A DNA stretch of 64,000 nucleotides, from the IMG/VR virus record IMGVR_UViG_3300031994_000001, positions 311,799-375,798 of that record; one strand, 5' to 3'. The translations under genes and the position numbers were made by a program. Shown here piece by piece: positions 9,899 to 19,852 of the stretch. The stretch is from a virus. Taxonomy: Duplodnaviria; Heunggongvirae; Uroviricota; Caudoviricetes. The notes beneath the pieces are model-generated. The model was not told where the DNA came from, did not search any database, and saw only the letters and a program-made list of their open reading frames with translations. How positions within the stretch are numbered: the stretch's first letter is position 1; every line of letters starts with the position of its first letter.

Positions 9899-11794
9899 AT
9901 GAAAACTTTTCAAGAAACCATACAATCAAACGGGCTTGAATTTGTAAGAGACCTTATGAACGGCTACACGATGGTGTACGAGAAAATCAACGCATCAACC
10001 CTATCGTTCAAACGAATTGACGACACCCTCTATTTCTACAAGGGTCGCAACAACGAGGAAATCAACAGCATCAATTCTATGCTGTACTCCTACTTCCAAA
10101 ACGGAATAGACCACGTTAAGAGAACAAGCCTCATTTGGTACAAGGAACTCCCAGAGAATTGGCTGTTCAGAATGCAATATGTCATTCAGAACGACAACAA
10201 TATGATTAACTACAACAATATGCCGCAGAACAATCTGATTCTGTCCTGCATAGACACGGGCAACACGATTATCGAAGACCCCAATGTGCTGAAGAAATGG
10301 GCTGACCGATTGCAGATTGACTACACGCAACCCGTGTTCAACGGATTCCTTTCGGAGTTCCAAAAGGAGAGATTGGTCGAATACCTGCAAAACGGAGACC
10401 TCAACGGAATATCGTTCTCGCAGTATGTCATCAGCCTGCTCAACCCGAATCTCACGCACAGCGCGTTAAGCGATGAGTTTATGGGCGGCATTGACAGTTT
10501 CATATTCAAGTTCTACAAGCCAGGCGCGAAGAAATCAACAACACTTAAACTCATTGACCCGTATATGTCCGCACTCATCAAGCAAAACAAGCACGAGTTC
10601 GGAAAGATAGACGGCACTGAATCCGAGGTCATTCTTGCCAACTTCATAGCATACTTGCAAACGGTGAATCTCAACGACATAAAGGCTGACGGCGAAACCG
10701 AGGACGAAAGGTACATTGACGTTATCTGCAAACTCTTCAACAACTACATCAAGAAAGAGCAGGAACTTATCAAGGGTATGAAAGGCGGCGTGAACGAATC
10801 CTATTCGGTGAACCTTGACAAAATCAAGAACGAGGAAACCGTTGAACTTCTGCGCAGCAACCCAAGCCTAACCACCGTGTTCCAAATCATAACGGGTATG
10901 TTTATGAACAAAAAAAGCGAGAACAATCCGAACTCCCTAATCAGCGGCAGCGTTATGGACGCATTCAACAAAGAGGTGAGCGATATTTGGAATCACGTTG
11001 CGGACAAAACCACATCAGTTCAATCGTTCAAAGAACTTATGGGCGGTGACAAAACAGAGGAAACACCCGAAAAGGTGCTGACATTCTCCGAGTTTATGAC
11101 GAGCATCGGCAAGGCTGACGAATACTCTGATGACGACAACGGCGGCAAGGAAACCGAACACAAGGAATCCAAACCAAAAGAGACCGAACATCACGAGGAA
11201 GCCCACACCGAACCCGACAAATCCGAAAATACCGACAACGGTGACGGAGGTAAATCCGAACCAAGCAAAACGGAATCTGACGGCGGTGAAAAATCAGAAC
11301 CCGAACAAAAAACAGAACCCGAACACACGGAAAAGACAGAACCCGAAAAGGAAGAAAAAACCGAAGACGGAGAAAAGAAAGACGATGGTGAATCCGAGAG
11401 CAACAAAGAAAACAATGACGGAGAAACAAAGGACAACAAAGACAACAAAGAGGAATCTGACAAAGGAGAGTCCGATAAAGGAGAATCCGACAAAAAAGAA
11501 AACGAACACAAGGGTTGGGGTGACGAAGGAGACGGAAAAAAATCAGAAAAGGATTCCGACAAAGGCGAAGGAGAATCCGACAAAGGAGAATCCGATAAAT
11601 CCGACAAATCCGATGAAGGAAAGTCCAATGACGAGCCAAAGGAAGAAAAAGAACCAAAGACCGAAAAGGACGATACATCAAAAAAGGACAATACATCCAA
11701 AAAGGACGATACATCCGAAAAGAAAGAGAAACCCGAAAAGAATGATAAACCAAGCAAAGACGACAAATCAGATGACGGAGGAATAACATTGTAA
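9899..11794 (+). CDS. hypothetical protein: ligase/nucleotidyltransferase-like N-domain plus ~220-aa D/E/K/S low-complexity tail
   Basis: VYEKINAS resembles a degenerate EKxDG motif I; ESDKG and KKDDTS repeats in the tail. Confidence 0.6.
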   Translation: MKTFQETIQSNGLEFVRDLMNGYTMVYEKINASTLSFKRIDDTLYFYKGRNNEEINSINSMLYSYFQNGIDHVKRTSLIWYKELPENWLFRMQYVIQNDNNMINYNNMPQNNLILSCIDTGNTIIEDPNVLKKWADRLQIDYTQPVFNGFLSEFQKERLVEYLQNGDLNGISFSQYVISLLNPNLTHSALSDEFMGGIDSFIFKFYKPGAKKSTTLKLIDPYMSALIKQNKHEFGKIDGTESEVILANFIAYLQTVNLNDIKADGETEDERYIDVICKLFNNYIKKEQELIKGMKGGVNESYSVNLDKIKNEETVELLRSNPSLTTVFQIITGMFMNKKSENNPNSLISGSVMDAFNKEVSDIWNHVADKTTSVQSFKELMGGDKTEETPEKVLTFSEFMTSIGKADEYSDDDNGGKETEHKESKPKETEHHEEAHTEPDKSENTDNGDGGKSEPSKTESDGGEKSEPEQKTEPEHTEKTEPEKEEKTEDGEKKDDGESESNKENNDGETKDNKDNKEESDKGESDKGESDKKENEHKGWGDEGDGKKSEKDSDKGEGESDKGESDKSDKSDEGKSNDEPKEEKEPKTEKDDTSKKDNTSKKDDTSEKKEKPEKNDKPSKDDKSDDGGITL

Positions 11795-11800
11795 TCCGCT

Positions 11801-12676
11801 ATGGAAATAATGCGTTCAAACGAGTTAAACGAAAAACTTAACATTCAGCCAAGGTCAAAGTCGGACATTGGCAAATGCTTGGATAGGGCTAAAAAGGATG
11901 CCTACGCCAAACAGAAGTTCATAGAAGATAACCGTCTCGTTTATAACAAAAAAGAGAATGTCTATGACTGTCACGGCGATGTCACCGTAGAAGAAGAGCA
12001 TTTGACACAAAACGGCATTATTCCAGTGAAACTCGGACAGGTTCTCGGCAATTTTTTCTGTTACAATACATCCATCAAATCTCTGACAAATTCCCCTGCA
12101 AGGGTAAACGGCGGATTCAACTGTCACGAATGTAAAAATCTGAAATCGCTGAAAGGCGCACCCATATATGTAGGCAAGGATTTCGACTGCGTTAAATGCG
12201 AAAACCTCGAATCACTCGAAGGCGCACCCGAATATGTCGGTCTCGCATTTATGTGCCACAGTTGCACAAGTCTGAAAAACCTTATAGGCGCACCCGAATA
12301 TGTTGGCGGAACATTCACTTGCGGCGGTTGCACAAATCTTGAAACTCTTGAAGGCGCACCGAAAAAAGTCGGCGGCGATTTCGCCTGCCACGAATGCGGA
12401 AAATTAACATCGCTCAAAGGCGCACCAGAATATGTCGGCAAAGACTTGTTCGTAAGGGACTGTAAAAATCTCGAAACACTTGAAGGCGCACCCGAATATG
12501 TCTCCGAAACATTTTACTGCCTATTCTGCAAAAAACTCACAATAGATACCGAACACTTCTATTCAAAAATGCCTAAACACATAAAAGACATTCGCATAAA
12601 GGGCATAGGGTTCGGCAGATTTGTCACAAGAATAGCCAAAAGGTATTCACAGTTTAACAGTGTGTACGAGCGTTAA
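11801..12676 (+). CDS. LRR-like repeat protein (22-aa GAPxxVGxxFxCxxC repeats) with shared leader
   Basis: LNE-KLNIQPRSK leader; about 7 repeats with a 66-nt period. Confidence 0.85.
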   Translation: MEIMRSNELNEKLNIQPRSKSDIGKCLDRAKKDAYAKQKFIEDNRLVYNKKENVYDCHGDVTVEEEHLTQNGIIPVKLGQVLGNFFCYNTSIKSLTNSPARVNGGFNCHECKNLKSLKGAPIYVGKDFDCVKCENLESLEGAPEYVGLAFMCHSCTSLKNLIGAPEYVGGTFTCGGCTNLETLEGAPKKVGGDFACHECGKLTSLKGAPEYVGKDLFVRDCKNLETLEGAPEYVSETFYCLFCKKLTIDTEHFYSKMPKHIKDIRIKGIGFGRFVTRIAKRYSQFNSVYER

Positions 12677-12704
12677 AATATAAATATATAAACAAATAAC
12701 AATT

Positions 12705-13331
12705 ATGAAAATATTACTCACCGAACAATATTCGGAACTTATAACCGAAATGGCGGCTATCAAAAAAGTCGCGCAGGAAATTGACGACTTCTTTGAAATG
12801 CTTAAAGCACACAAAAACACATTCGCCTACGTATATACGGCTAACACTATGGACGGCAAACTCAAAAAGAAATTCGTGAACGCCGAGGGATTGACTGTTG
12901 AAAACCCTATGCTTGGCAAACTGTTCAAGGTCACTACATACAAGTTCAACTTCGGTCGCACATACAGAGAGGCTGTCAACAGAAAGAACCCCCAATGGCA
13001 GGTTCAGAACAGACGCGAGTGGAATGCCAAACTGCAAGGGTTCAGAATGACGGAGTTCAACGAGAAAGGTGACTTGTTCTTCACTATTGCCGACTTCACA
13101 TCAAAAACAAGGTATTTTATGCTTGACGACAACAGCATTCCGTATGAAGTGACAATGAACGATATTGACGGGTATTTGAAACCATCGTCAAAAACAACAA
13201 AAGTGAGCGGGTCTGGCGTTAATTTCCGCAAATTAAATGTGAATAAAATATACCGTTTCAACGCGGGTGGTAAAACTTGGAACAACAAGATTTTCCTCTA
13301 TCCGATTCTTGACCCAATTTTACGGAAATAA
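12705..13331 (+). CDS. hypothetical late protein
   Basis: TATAAATA at 12679-12686; N-terminal ...ELITE-MA. Confidence 0.75.
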   Translation: MKILLTEQYSELITEMAAIKKVAQEIDDFFEMLKAHKNTFAYVYTANTMDGKLKKKFVNAEGLTVENPMLGKLFKVTTYKFNFGRTYREAVNRKNPQWQVQNRREWNAKLQGFRMTEFNEKGDLFFTIADFTSKTRYFMLDDNSIPYEVTMNDIDGYLKPSSKTTKVSGSGVNFRKLNVNKIYRFNAGGKTWNNKIFLYPILDPILRK

Positions 13332-13366
13332 CAAACATATTCAATAACCAACCAAATCAAAACACT

Positions 13367-13669
13367 ATGGGAATCATATCAAGACTGTTCCACAAATGCG
13401 GCGAACACCTTGAATACATTGAAGGAACGCGCTTCCCCGAAAAAGGAACAACGGGCTTGGGCAAAGTATGGAAAAACTACCGTTGCAATGTATGCGGCAA
13501 AATGTATATGTCTTGTGGAAACAAGTTGCATAGAATCCAATTCCAAGATGCGAAACCTATCAAAATGACGATAGGCGGCTGCACGGTGACAAAACAAATA
13601 AAATTTGACAAAACAGTATATGAAAAAGTTGTCGGACTACACCAAAAAGAAGGAACAACAACCGATTGA
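13367..13669 (+). CDS. hypothetical protein (CxxC)
   Basis: HKC...YRCNVCGK. Confidence 0.55.
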   Translation: MGIISRLFHKCGEHLEYIEGTRFPEKGTTGLGKVWKNYRCNVCGKMYMSCGNKLHRIQFQDAKPIKMTIGGCTVTKQIKFDKTVYEKVVGLHQKEGTTTD

Positions 13670-14087
13670 CGTATCACTCGGAAAATGCTTCGGCGATGGC
13701 GGGTACTGCTGCACCAATGTAAGTGCGGCAGATTTGTTTCTGCGTATAATGCCGCAACTGAACAGTCTGTTCAAATCCGAACTTCTGCAACTGAAGGATA
13801 ACCCGAAATTCTCCAACGAACTGTCACCCGCCGCCGTGAACTACTACGGAAGCGACAACAAAATCATAGCGACATACAAGCGCGAGGTTATGCGCAAGAT
13901 ACCGACACGATTGACACCATTCGCAAAATCTGCGACATACGTGCCTACGGTCACACACAATGTCATAAGTTTCGGCGACAGTTGCGACAGAGACAAGTTC
14001 ATTGAGAAATGCAAGGAACTGTCAAACGGTGTGATTGACTTCGACAAGTACATAGCGCAATCAATACAGAACAAAGAACAACAATAG
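13620..14087 (+). CDS. hypothetical protein
   Basis: ATG at 13620; fills the gap before 14094. Confidence 0.6.
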   Translation: MKKLSDYTKKKEQQPIDVSLGKCFGDGGYCCTNVSAADLFLRIMPQLNSLFKSELLQLKDNPKFSNELSPAAVNYYGSDNKIIATYKREVMRKIPTRLTPFAKSATYVPTVTHNVISFGDSCDRDKFIEKCKELSNGVIDFDKYIAQSIQNKEQQ

Positions 14088-14093
14088 GCAAAA

Positions 14094-15101
14094 ATGGAAA
14101 TACTCAAATCAGAACAATACATAAACGAGAAACTGAACATCAAGCCCGTCACGAAAGATAGGATTGATAGCATATATGCTGAAATGTATAAAGACCTTGC
14201 TAAAAAATACAACCTTGTTTGGAACAAAAGTACAAAAAGGTTTGACTGTGACGGTGACGTGGAAATTGATGCAGACGATATTGTTGACGGAAAATTACCT
14301 TTGCCATTCGGCGTAATAAAAGGCAACTTCTACTGTTCTGGACGCACTGACAAAAAAGTATTCGATGACCCACTTGCATACACGGGCAAAGAACTTACAA
14401 CACTCGAAAACGCGCCAACAGAAGTTGGAAAAACATTTGATTGTTCATATAATAAACTGACAACACTTGAAGGCGCACCAAAGAAAGTTGGTATGGATTT
14501 TTATTGCCCATATAATTTACTAACATCTCTTAAAGGTTCTTCAGAATATGTCGGACACGATTTTAGTTGCTATGGGAATAAACTGACAACACTTGAAGGC
14601 GCACCAAAGAAAGTAGAATACAGTTTTTATTGTAGTAATAACAAACTAACATCGCTAAAAGGCGCACCTCAAAGATTAAAAGTTGATTTTGATTGCAGTC
14701 ACAACAATCTGACAACACTCGAAGGCGCACCGTCAAAAATAGGATGTATGGAAGATTGCACATTTGATTGCAGTTATAACCAACTAACATCACTTGAACA
14801 CGCACCTTGGGGCGGTAATGGTGGAATAAGATATTTTATTTGTGACAACAACAAATTAACAACACTCGAAGGAGCGTGTAATTACATAGAACGTGATTTC
14901 AGTTGCAAAAACAATGAACTCAAATCCCTTGAAGGCGCACCACAAACAGTTGGAAGAAATTTTGATTGTTCAAATAACAACCTAAAAACACTTGACATAC
15001 ATCCCGAAATTGTTGAAGGCTCATTCACTTGTAAAAACAACAAAGATTTAGTGTTGCCGAAAAGAAAACCGAGATGGATAAAAGACAAATTTATAAAATA
15101 A
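14094..15101 (+). CDS. LRR-like repeat protein (21-aa GAPxxVGxxFxCSxNxLTxLE repeats) with shared leader
   Basis: MEILKSEQYINE-KLNIKPVTKDRI; about 10 repeats. Confidence 0.88.
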   Translation: MEILKSEQYINEKLNIKPVTKDRIDSIYAEMYKDLAKKYNLVWNKSTKRFDCDGDVEIDADDIVDGKLPLPFGVIKGNFYCSGRTDKKVFDDPLAYTGKELTTLENAPTEVGKTFDCSYNKLTTLEGAPKKVGMDFYCPYNLLTSLKGSSEYVGHDFSCYGNKLTTLEGAPKKVEYSFYCSNNKLTSLKGAPQRLKVDFDCSHNNLTTLEGAPSKIGCMEDCTFDCSYNQLTSLEHAPWGGNGGIRYFICDNNKLTTLEGACNYIERDFSCKNNELKSLEGAPQTVGRNFDCSNNNLKTLDIHPEIVEGSFTCKNNKDLVLPKRKPRWIKDKFIK

Positions 15102-15104
15102 GTT

Positions 15105-15515
15105 ATGGAAATACAAAAATCTGACAGATACATAAACGAGAAAATCGGCATACAACCCGTCACAAAAGACCGACTTTCAACAAATATGGAATCAATTTCG
15201 CAGAATTATTCCATAATGGTTTGGCTTGACTTCGAAGAGGTCAAAAAGAAATTCCACGAAATCGTGGAAAAAGACAACGAGTTGTTGATACAGTCGGAAT
15301 TGGCGGGGAACAGCGTAAACAATTTCTATTCTTTCTTGGTAATCTGCCAAGAAATCAAAGACAAACTCGGTGCTGAAATAAAACTCGAACATTCAACCTA
15401 TGCGGACACCCCCGTAGGAACGATGTATATGAACAATGAGGAAATCGGCTCTTTTGTCATATCGAACAACAGCGATGTGAAACGACTACTCAAATCAACA
15501 AATATGTCAGTATAA
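15105..15515 (+). CDS. hypothetical protein with shared leader
   Basis: MEIQKSDRYINE-KIGIQPVTKDRL. Confidence 0.8.
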   Translation: MEIQKSDRYINEKIGIQPVTKDRLSTNMESISQNYSIMVWLDFEEVKKKFHEIVEKDNELLIQSELAGNSVNNFYSFLVICQEIKDKLGAEIKLEHSTYADTPVGTMYMNNEEIGSFVISNNSDVKRLLKSTNMSV

Positions 15516-15518
15516 AAC

Positions 15519-15546
15519 AACAGCCGTCAGATTTGACGGCTGTTTT
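15519..15546. terminator. bidirectional terminator
   Basis: AACAGCCGTCA-gatt-TGACGGCTGTT between convergent genes. Confidence 0.85.
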
Positions 15547-15550
15547 ATTA

Positions 15551-16006
15551 TTACCAATGTTGGTAGATTATATCAAATCCACCGTCCTTTCTCTGCGTCA
15601 CGCCGATAGCCCGATTCATAATGTCGGCTGAACCGTCACTTCGATTATACCAAGCGTCAAGATACATTTCGGGATTGCCGTCATCATTGTTCTCGAACTT
15701 GCCTTTCTTGAACCCGCTAACTATGTCATTCCACAAATTTCTGATATCGCTTTCGCTTTTAGGCAAGTTGTATATTTCATTGTTCCACGGAAAACGCAAG
15801 TCCAAATTTTCCATTTTCCTGCGCTCACCCCTGCTGTTACCGCCATCAATGTCATCTTCCAAATCAGCAAGCAATTCTTCAAGGTTTTTCTTGAACGTCA
15901 TATATGGTATGTCGTCTTTCAGACTTTCCAACCTATCCTTGCCTATCGGTTGAATACCAAGCCTCTCGCAAACACCGAACTCCGAAAATTTCTTTATACG
16001 AACCAT
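15551..16006 (-). CDS. hypothetical protein with shared leader
   Basis: MVRIKKFSEFGVCE-RLGIQPIGKDRL; TATAAATA at 16023-16030 (minus). Confidence 0.8.
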   Translation of the reverse strand: MVRIKKFSEFGVCERLGIQPIGKDRLESLKDDIPYMTFKKNLEELLADLEDDIDGGNSRGERRKMENLDLRFPWNNEIYNLPKSESDIRNLWNDIVSGFKKGKFENNDDGNPEMYLDAWYNRSDGSADIMNRAIGVTQRKDGGFDIIYQHW

Positions 16007-16137
16007 AGTGAATTATTTTGAGTATTTATAAAGCAAGAGCCGCCAAAAACTGACGGCTCGGTAACTTTTTCAACAACTTGGTTGATAAGATTAAGTATTC
16101 ACAACGGTCGGTTTAATCTCCATCGCTTATAAATGAC

Positions 16138-16878
16138 TTATATATAAACATTCTGACTTACCACATCGGGATTCATAGACGGGTTGGGCGGCTCACTCTC
16201 CATACCATTAACCATATGCGTATGCTTGTTGAAATACTTTAAGAATGTGTCGCCTTTAAGCAGACCCTCAACAGCGTCCTGCCCAAGTTTAACACAAGGG
16301 GCGTTTATCTTTATCTCCTTATCGGAGTTTATCGTTATGTCGCCGTTCTTCAACGAAACGCTGTCACCGTTTGAGTTATACATAGTGATTTCACCCTCTG
16401 GTGTAAGGTTGAATGTGGCTGAACCGTATGCGTTCTTGAAGTCTATGACGAATCCTTTTTCCTCCGTGAAAAAAACCTTTATGTACTCGCCCTTTCTGAA
16501 ATTGTCGGCATCATTTGCAAGGTTGGTGTCATATATGAGAACGTGAGCATTGGGATAGTAGTCCGTGCCTATCTCGGCAGAAACCTCATCCGACACATAC
16601 ATATTGCCGCCCCATTCGGGAGTGTTGATAGTGCCGCCGACCTTTACGATAGAACCTATCTTCGGAACGGAGAAACTGCCCGCGCCGCTCGAACTTCCGC
16701 TCTGCGGCAGGCAGGTAGGCATAGCCCACGGAAGCATCTCCGCAGGAATCACATAAGAACCGTCAGCGTTCTTTTGGTCGGTAACGCCGAATATTCTGAC
16801 GCGCACCCTTCCCTTGAATGTGGGGTCGTAATTGTCTTCTACTCTTCCTATCATATTGTTTGGCTTCTCATTATCCAA
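16138..16878 (-). CDS. baseplate hub/spike protein (gp5 OB-fold, no lysozyme domain)
   Basis: GRVEDNYDP..KGRVRVRIFG, LPWAMP, VPKIGS.V; beta-rich middle; C-terminal HTH metal-tip motif. Confidence 0.8.
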   Translation of the reverse strand: MDNEKPNNMIGRVEDNYDPTFKGRVRVRIFGVTDQKNADGSYVIPAEMLPWAMPTCLPQSGSSSGAGSFSVPKIGSIVKVGGTINTPEWGGNMYVSDEVSAEIGTDYYPNAHVLIYDTNLANDADNFRKGEYIKVFFTEEKGFVIDFKNAYGSATFNLTPEGEITMYNSNGDSVSLKNGDITINSDKEIKINAPCVKLGQDAVEGLLKGDTFLKYFNKHTHMVNGMESEPPNPSMNPDVVSQNVYI

Positions 16879-17486
16879 TAGGCATCAATCAAGTCGTCTA
16901 TCGGCTTTATATTATTATAGTCAAGTTCATTTTCCGTGACATATTTATACAAAGCGGTCTTTGCAAGCATTTCGTCATTGAGTTTGTTGTCAATGAAAGC
17001 CTTTATCATATACTCCTTGTTTGCGTTGCCCTTTCCCGCAAGTTTCTTCGCGGAAGTCGGGGCGACAATCATAAGTCTGTCATAGCCGAACATTCTGATA
17101 ATATCCTTACGAAGAAACGAGTTGAACATAATGAGGTCAATAAAAGCCGCGCCCTTGCTTTGGAATGCGAAGCCTTCAAGTGAAATCATACTCTCGCCGC
17201 TCATATAACGGGTAAGCCGTTCCGTGATGATGCTGTTCATAATCGAAGCGTCACGCATTTTCGACATCTGCTCCGTCTGATATGACGATTTGTCAGTCTC
17301 CCTATTGTAAGGTATGACTTCGATTATGTTTGAGAGAATGTTGTGATAATGGAATTTTTTAAGCGGTTTCTCACGTTTCCATTCAGCACCCTCGGCATTG
17401 AAAAAAGAAATGAAGTTGATTTCCTCGCCATTGTCTATGCAGACGGCGGGTGAGTTAAGTGAATAGTCTATACCAATTCTTATCAT
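16851..17486 (-). CDS. RuvC-like (RNase H fold) Holliday junction resolvase/nuclease
   Basis: IGIDYSLNSPAVC, LEGFAF, PTSAKK.AGKGNANKE.M, DDLIDAYWI. Confidence 0.8.
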   Translation of the reverse strand: MIRIGIDYSLNSPAVCIDNGEEINFISFFNAEGAEWKREKPLKKFHYHNILSNIIEVIPYNRETDKSSYQTEQMSKMRDASIMNSIITERLTRYMSGESMISLEGFAFQSKGAAFIDLIMFNSFLRKDIIRMFGYDRLMIVAPTSAKKLAGKGNANKEYMIKAFIDNKLNDEMLAKTALYKYVTENELDYNNIKPIDDLIDAYWIMRSQTI

Positions 17487-17488
17487 TG

Positions 17489-18160
17489 TTATTGATTTTG
17501 CTTGTTTTTGAGGTATTCGTTATATGTTAAAAGACCTTCACGCCACTTGTTCTTGCAGGCGGCGTACTCGCTCCTTGCGGAATCCCGCAGATTTCTGCCG
17601 TGCCTTTTCGACAACACCGTGCCGTCCTTTGCTATGACGGTATTGCCGTCTTCCGTGACGGTGCATCCATTGGAAGCGACAAACGGTTTTACGGAATCGA
17701 ATTTGTCGTGTTCCTTTCTATACTGTTCAACATACTTGTTGTATTCTTTCAGACTGTCATCAAGTTCCTTTCTTTCCCTCTCCATTTTTTCATTGTAGGA
17801 TTCGATATAGTCCTCGAACAACTGCTGAACGCCAAGTATGTTGTTCTTACGGAAAAGTGCTTTTATTTCATTCGACTTATCCTCCCAACAGTATCGGCAG
17901 GCATCGTCCAAAAAGGAATAGAACGGCGTTTTGTTACCGAACTTCGATGTATGATGCCATTCGTTATTTGTCACATAACCGAGTGTAATCAGCAAATTCA
18001 AAACACTGTCGCTTATGCCATAATTGCTCTTGAACTCTGTTTTCGGAAACCTGCCGTTGTCTTTCGCCTTTGCCGCACGGACGCTAATAGAGTAACCTAT
18101 GTAACCCGAATTTCCGCCAAATGATTCCGATACAAACTCGTTGAAAGATAGCATATTCAT
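17489..18160 (-). CDS. hypothetical late protein
   Basis: MLSFNEFVSE-S leader, GY.GYS.S.RA and EWHHTSK motifs; TATAAATA at 18171-18178 (minus). Confidence 0.75.
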   Translation of the reverse strand: MNMLSFNEFVSESFGGNSGYIGYSISVRAAKAKDNGRFPKTEFKSNYGISDSVLNLLITLGYVTNNEWHHTSKFGNKTPFYSFLDDACRYCWEDKSNEIKALFRKNNILGVQQLFEDYIESYNEKMERERKELDDSLKEYNKYVEQYRKEHDKFDSVKPFVASNGCTVTEDGNTVIAKDGTVLSKRHGRNLRDSARSEYAACKNKWREGLLTYNEYLKNKQNQ

Positions 18161-18173
18161 AGTTTTTCTTTAT

Positions 18174-19751
18174 TTATACATTCTCAAAATCAACACGCAT
18201 AAGAACTTCCTTTGTTATCATACGCTTGGAATCCTTGAATGTTATGCTTTTCAGAAAGTCAGCGACACAATCCGTGTTCAGCATTTTCCAAGCGCGGACA
18301 GCCTCTTCCAACGTGTCAAATCCAATATAATAGCAAGTGTCGTCAAGCATAACGGGCTTGCAGTCCTGCGGCTTCACCAAACAGAAATGATAGGTCTTAT
18401 ACAAACCCGATATGGCAACCTTGTACGGCTTGAACGCATAGTCGCCTATACCGAATATGGAAAAGTCACACTTGTCACGATATATTTTCGACTTCCTTCC
18501 ACGGAACATACCTATATGGTCGTTGAGATAACTGAAAGTGTTTGGATAATCCGTTATGTATGAAGTGTCCTGCCCGACATACCGTTGCGTTACTATGGTG
18601 CGCCTATCTGTATCACGGGCGACATCGTGTTTCAAGTCGGAACTTTTCAGCAGCGGATATACCATATCGCGTTCAAGCACAAACCGCTCGCCCAATTTGT
18701 TGCGATACATATCGCCGTCACGGACAAACTCCATAACTTTAGAACAGTCGTGCTTCATACCCTGCCGCCACTCATAAGGGCAAACCCCGTCAACCCTGCT
18801 TTTACCGAAAGACAAATCCGAAACAAATCTGCCGTCACTATAACCGAATGTCCGTTTCTCTTTCAACGTGTACAAGTCAAACTCTCGGCAAGACAGTTCG
18901 CAACCGCTGTTAAGTCTGCAAAGGAACAATGATGCGTCCGCACTTATACCGAACTCCGACTTCGCGTCAAAATCATACTTGCGCATATCCGACACGCGGA
19001 GACCGCTGCGTTTCAAGTCACGGACAACCGCCCGTATGACAGACCCCTTTACAAGAAACGCCATACGACCGTCACAATCGCAGAAATTGGCGAGCAAATC
19101 GGTTGTTATATATTCCGCTATGTCGAAGTTTCCTTTGCCCGTCATAGCCTCAATTCCTCGAACACATTTTTCGTTGCTCTTGGCGGGAACATTGTCTGAA
19201 CCAATCGAACACAACTTTGTATTAGTCACCCAAGGCGGATTGCCTATAATCAGAAGCCTGCCGCCCACTGCGGATTCCCTTATCGGCGAAAAGTCGAATC
19301 CGAATATGCTTGACCGCAGTATGTGTATGCGTGGCTTTTTCCTTTCGGGTCTGTTTAAGAAATAATCCAAAATTCTGAACTTCGCCTGCCAAACATATCC
19401 GTCTTGTATCTCAACGCCAAACACCTCATCCACATTCGGAAAAGCGTCCAACGCGGCGATTATGAAATCGCCCCTCCCGCAAGTAGGCTCGAACACAACG
19501 CTCGGCTCAAACCCGCTTCCCGATACAAGGAAGACCACACGTTCAGCCAAATTGTCGCCCGTCTGATAGTCACCATATTCGGTTCTGTCATAACCGTCCG
19601 AAGAATGGCATACAGAGCCAAGTTCCGAATCACTGCCGAAGAATCCGACAATGCCGCAGGCATTTTCAATCATAATGTTCGCCGATTCATAAGAATTGCA
19701 AGACGACAAAACAGAGGAAATAAAATTTCGTGACAATTCAAATGCGTTCAT
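18174..19751 (-). CDS. orphan N6-adenine DNA methyltransferase (gamma-class motif order)
   Basis: motif X YGDYQT, motif I FEPTCGRGDF, motif IV IGNPPW, C-terminal target-recognition region. Confidence 0.85.
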   Translation of the reverse strand: MNAFELSRNFISSVLSSCNSYESANIMIENACGIVGFFGSDSELGSVCHSSDGYDRTEYGDYQTGDNLAERVVFLVSGSGFEPSVVFEPTCGRGDFIIAALDAFPNVDEVFGVEIQDGYVWQAKFRILDYFLNRPERKKPRIHILRSSIFGFDFSPIRESAVGGRLLIIGNPPWVTNTKLCSIGSDNVPAKSNEKCVRGIEAMTGKGNFDIAEYITTDLLANFCDCDGRMAFLVKGSVIRAVVRDLKRSGLRVSDMRKYDFDAKSEFGISADASLFLCRLNSGCELSCREFDLYTLKEKRTFGYSDGRFVSDLSFGKSRVDGVCPYEWRQGMKHDCSKVMEFVRDGDMYRNKLGERFVLERDMVYPLLKSSDLKHDVARDTDRRTIVTQRYVGQDTSYITDYPNTFSYLNDHIGMFRGRKSKIYRDKCDFSIFGIGDYAFKPYKVAISGLYKTYHFCLVKPQDCKPVMLDDTCYYIGFDTLEEAVRAWKMLNTDCVADFLKSITFKDSKRMITKEVLMRVDFENV

Positions 19752-19768
19752 ATTGTGAAATTAAAAAA

Positions 19769-19821
19769 GATATGCCGAATACCCGTATTTGCCCCCTATG
19801 GTCTGGTATTTCGGCATATCT
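19769..19821 (-). terminator. hairpin, probable terminator
   Basis: GATATGCCGAA...TTCGGCATATC inverted repeat next to an A-run. Confidence 0.6.
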
Positions 19822-19852
19822 CCGTTATTGTGGTACAATCTGTCGTGCGGCA

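Noticed and set aside
11094-11844. Long overlapping ORFs on other frames and strands (also at 41483-42607)
   Set aside because: Shadow ORFs produced by low-complexity repeats in the real genes.
12150-14945. Short constant sequence (gaaggcgcacc) repeating every 63-66 nt, superficially like a CRISPR array
   Set aside because: The period is a multiple of 3, the repeats lie in frame inside two long ORFs, the intervening segments are homologous to each other, and no cas genes are present.
16851-19751. RuvC-like nuclease plus methyltransferase as a restriction-modification or Cas/TnpB system
   Set aside because: The nuclease is a short resolvase-type protein, an unrelated gene separates the two, and there is no guide-like array.
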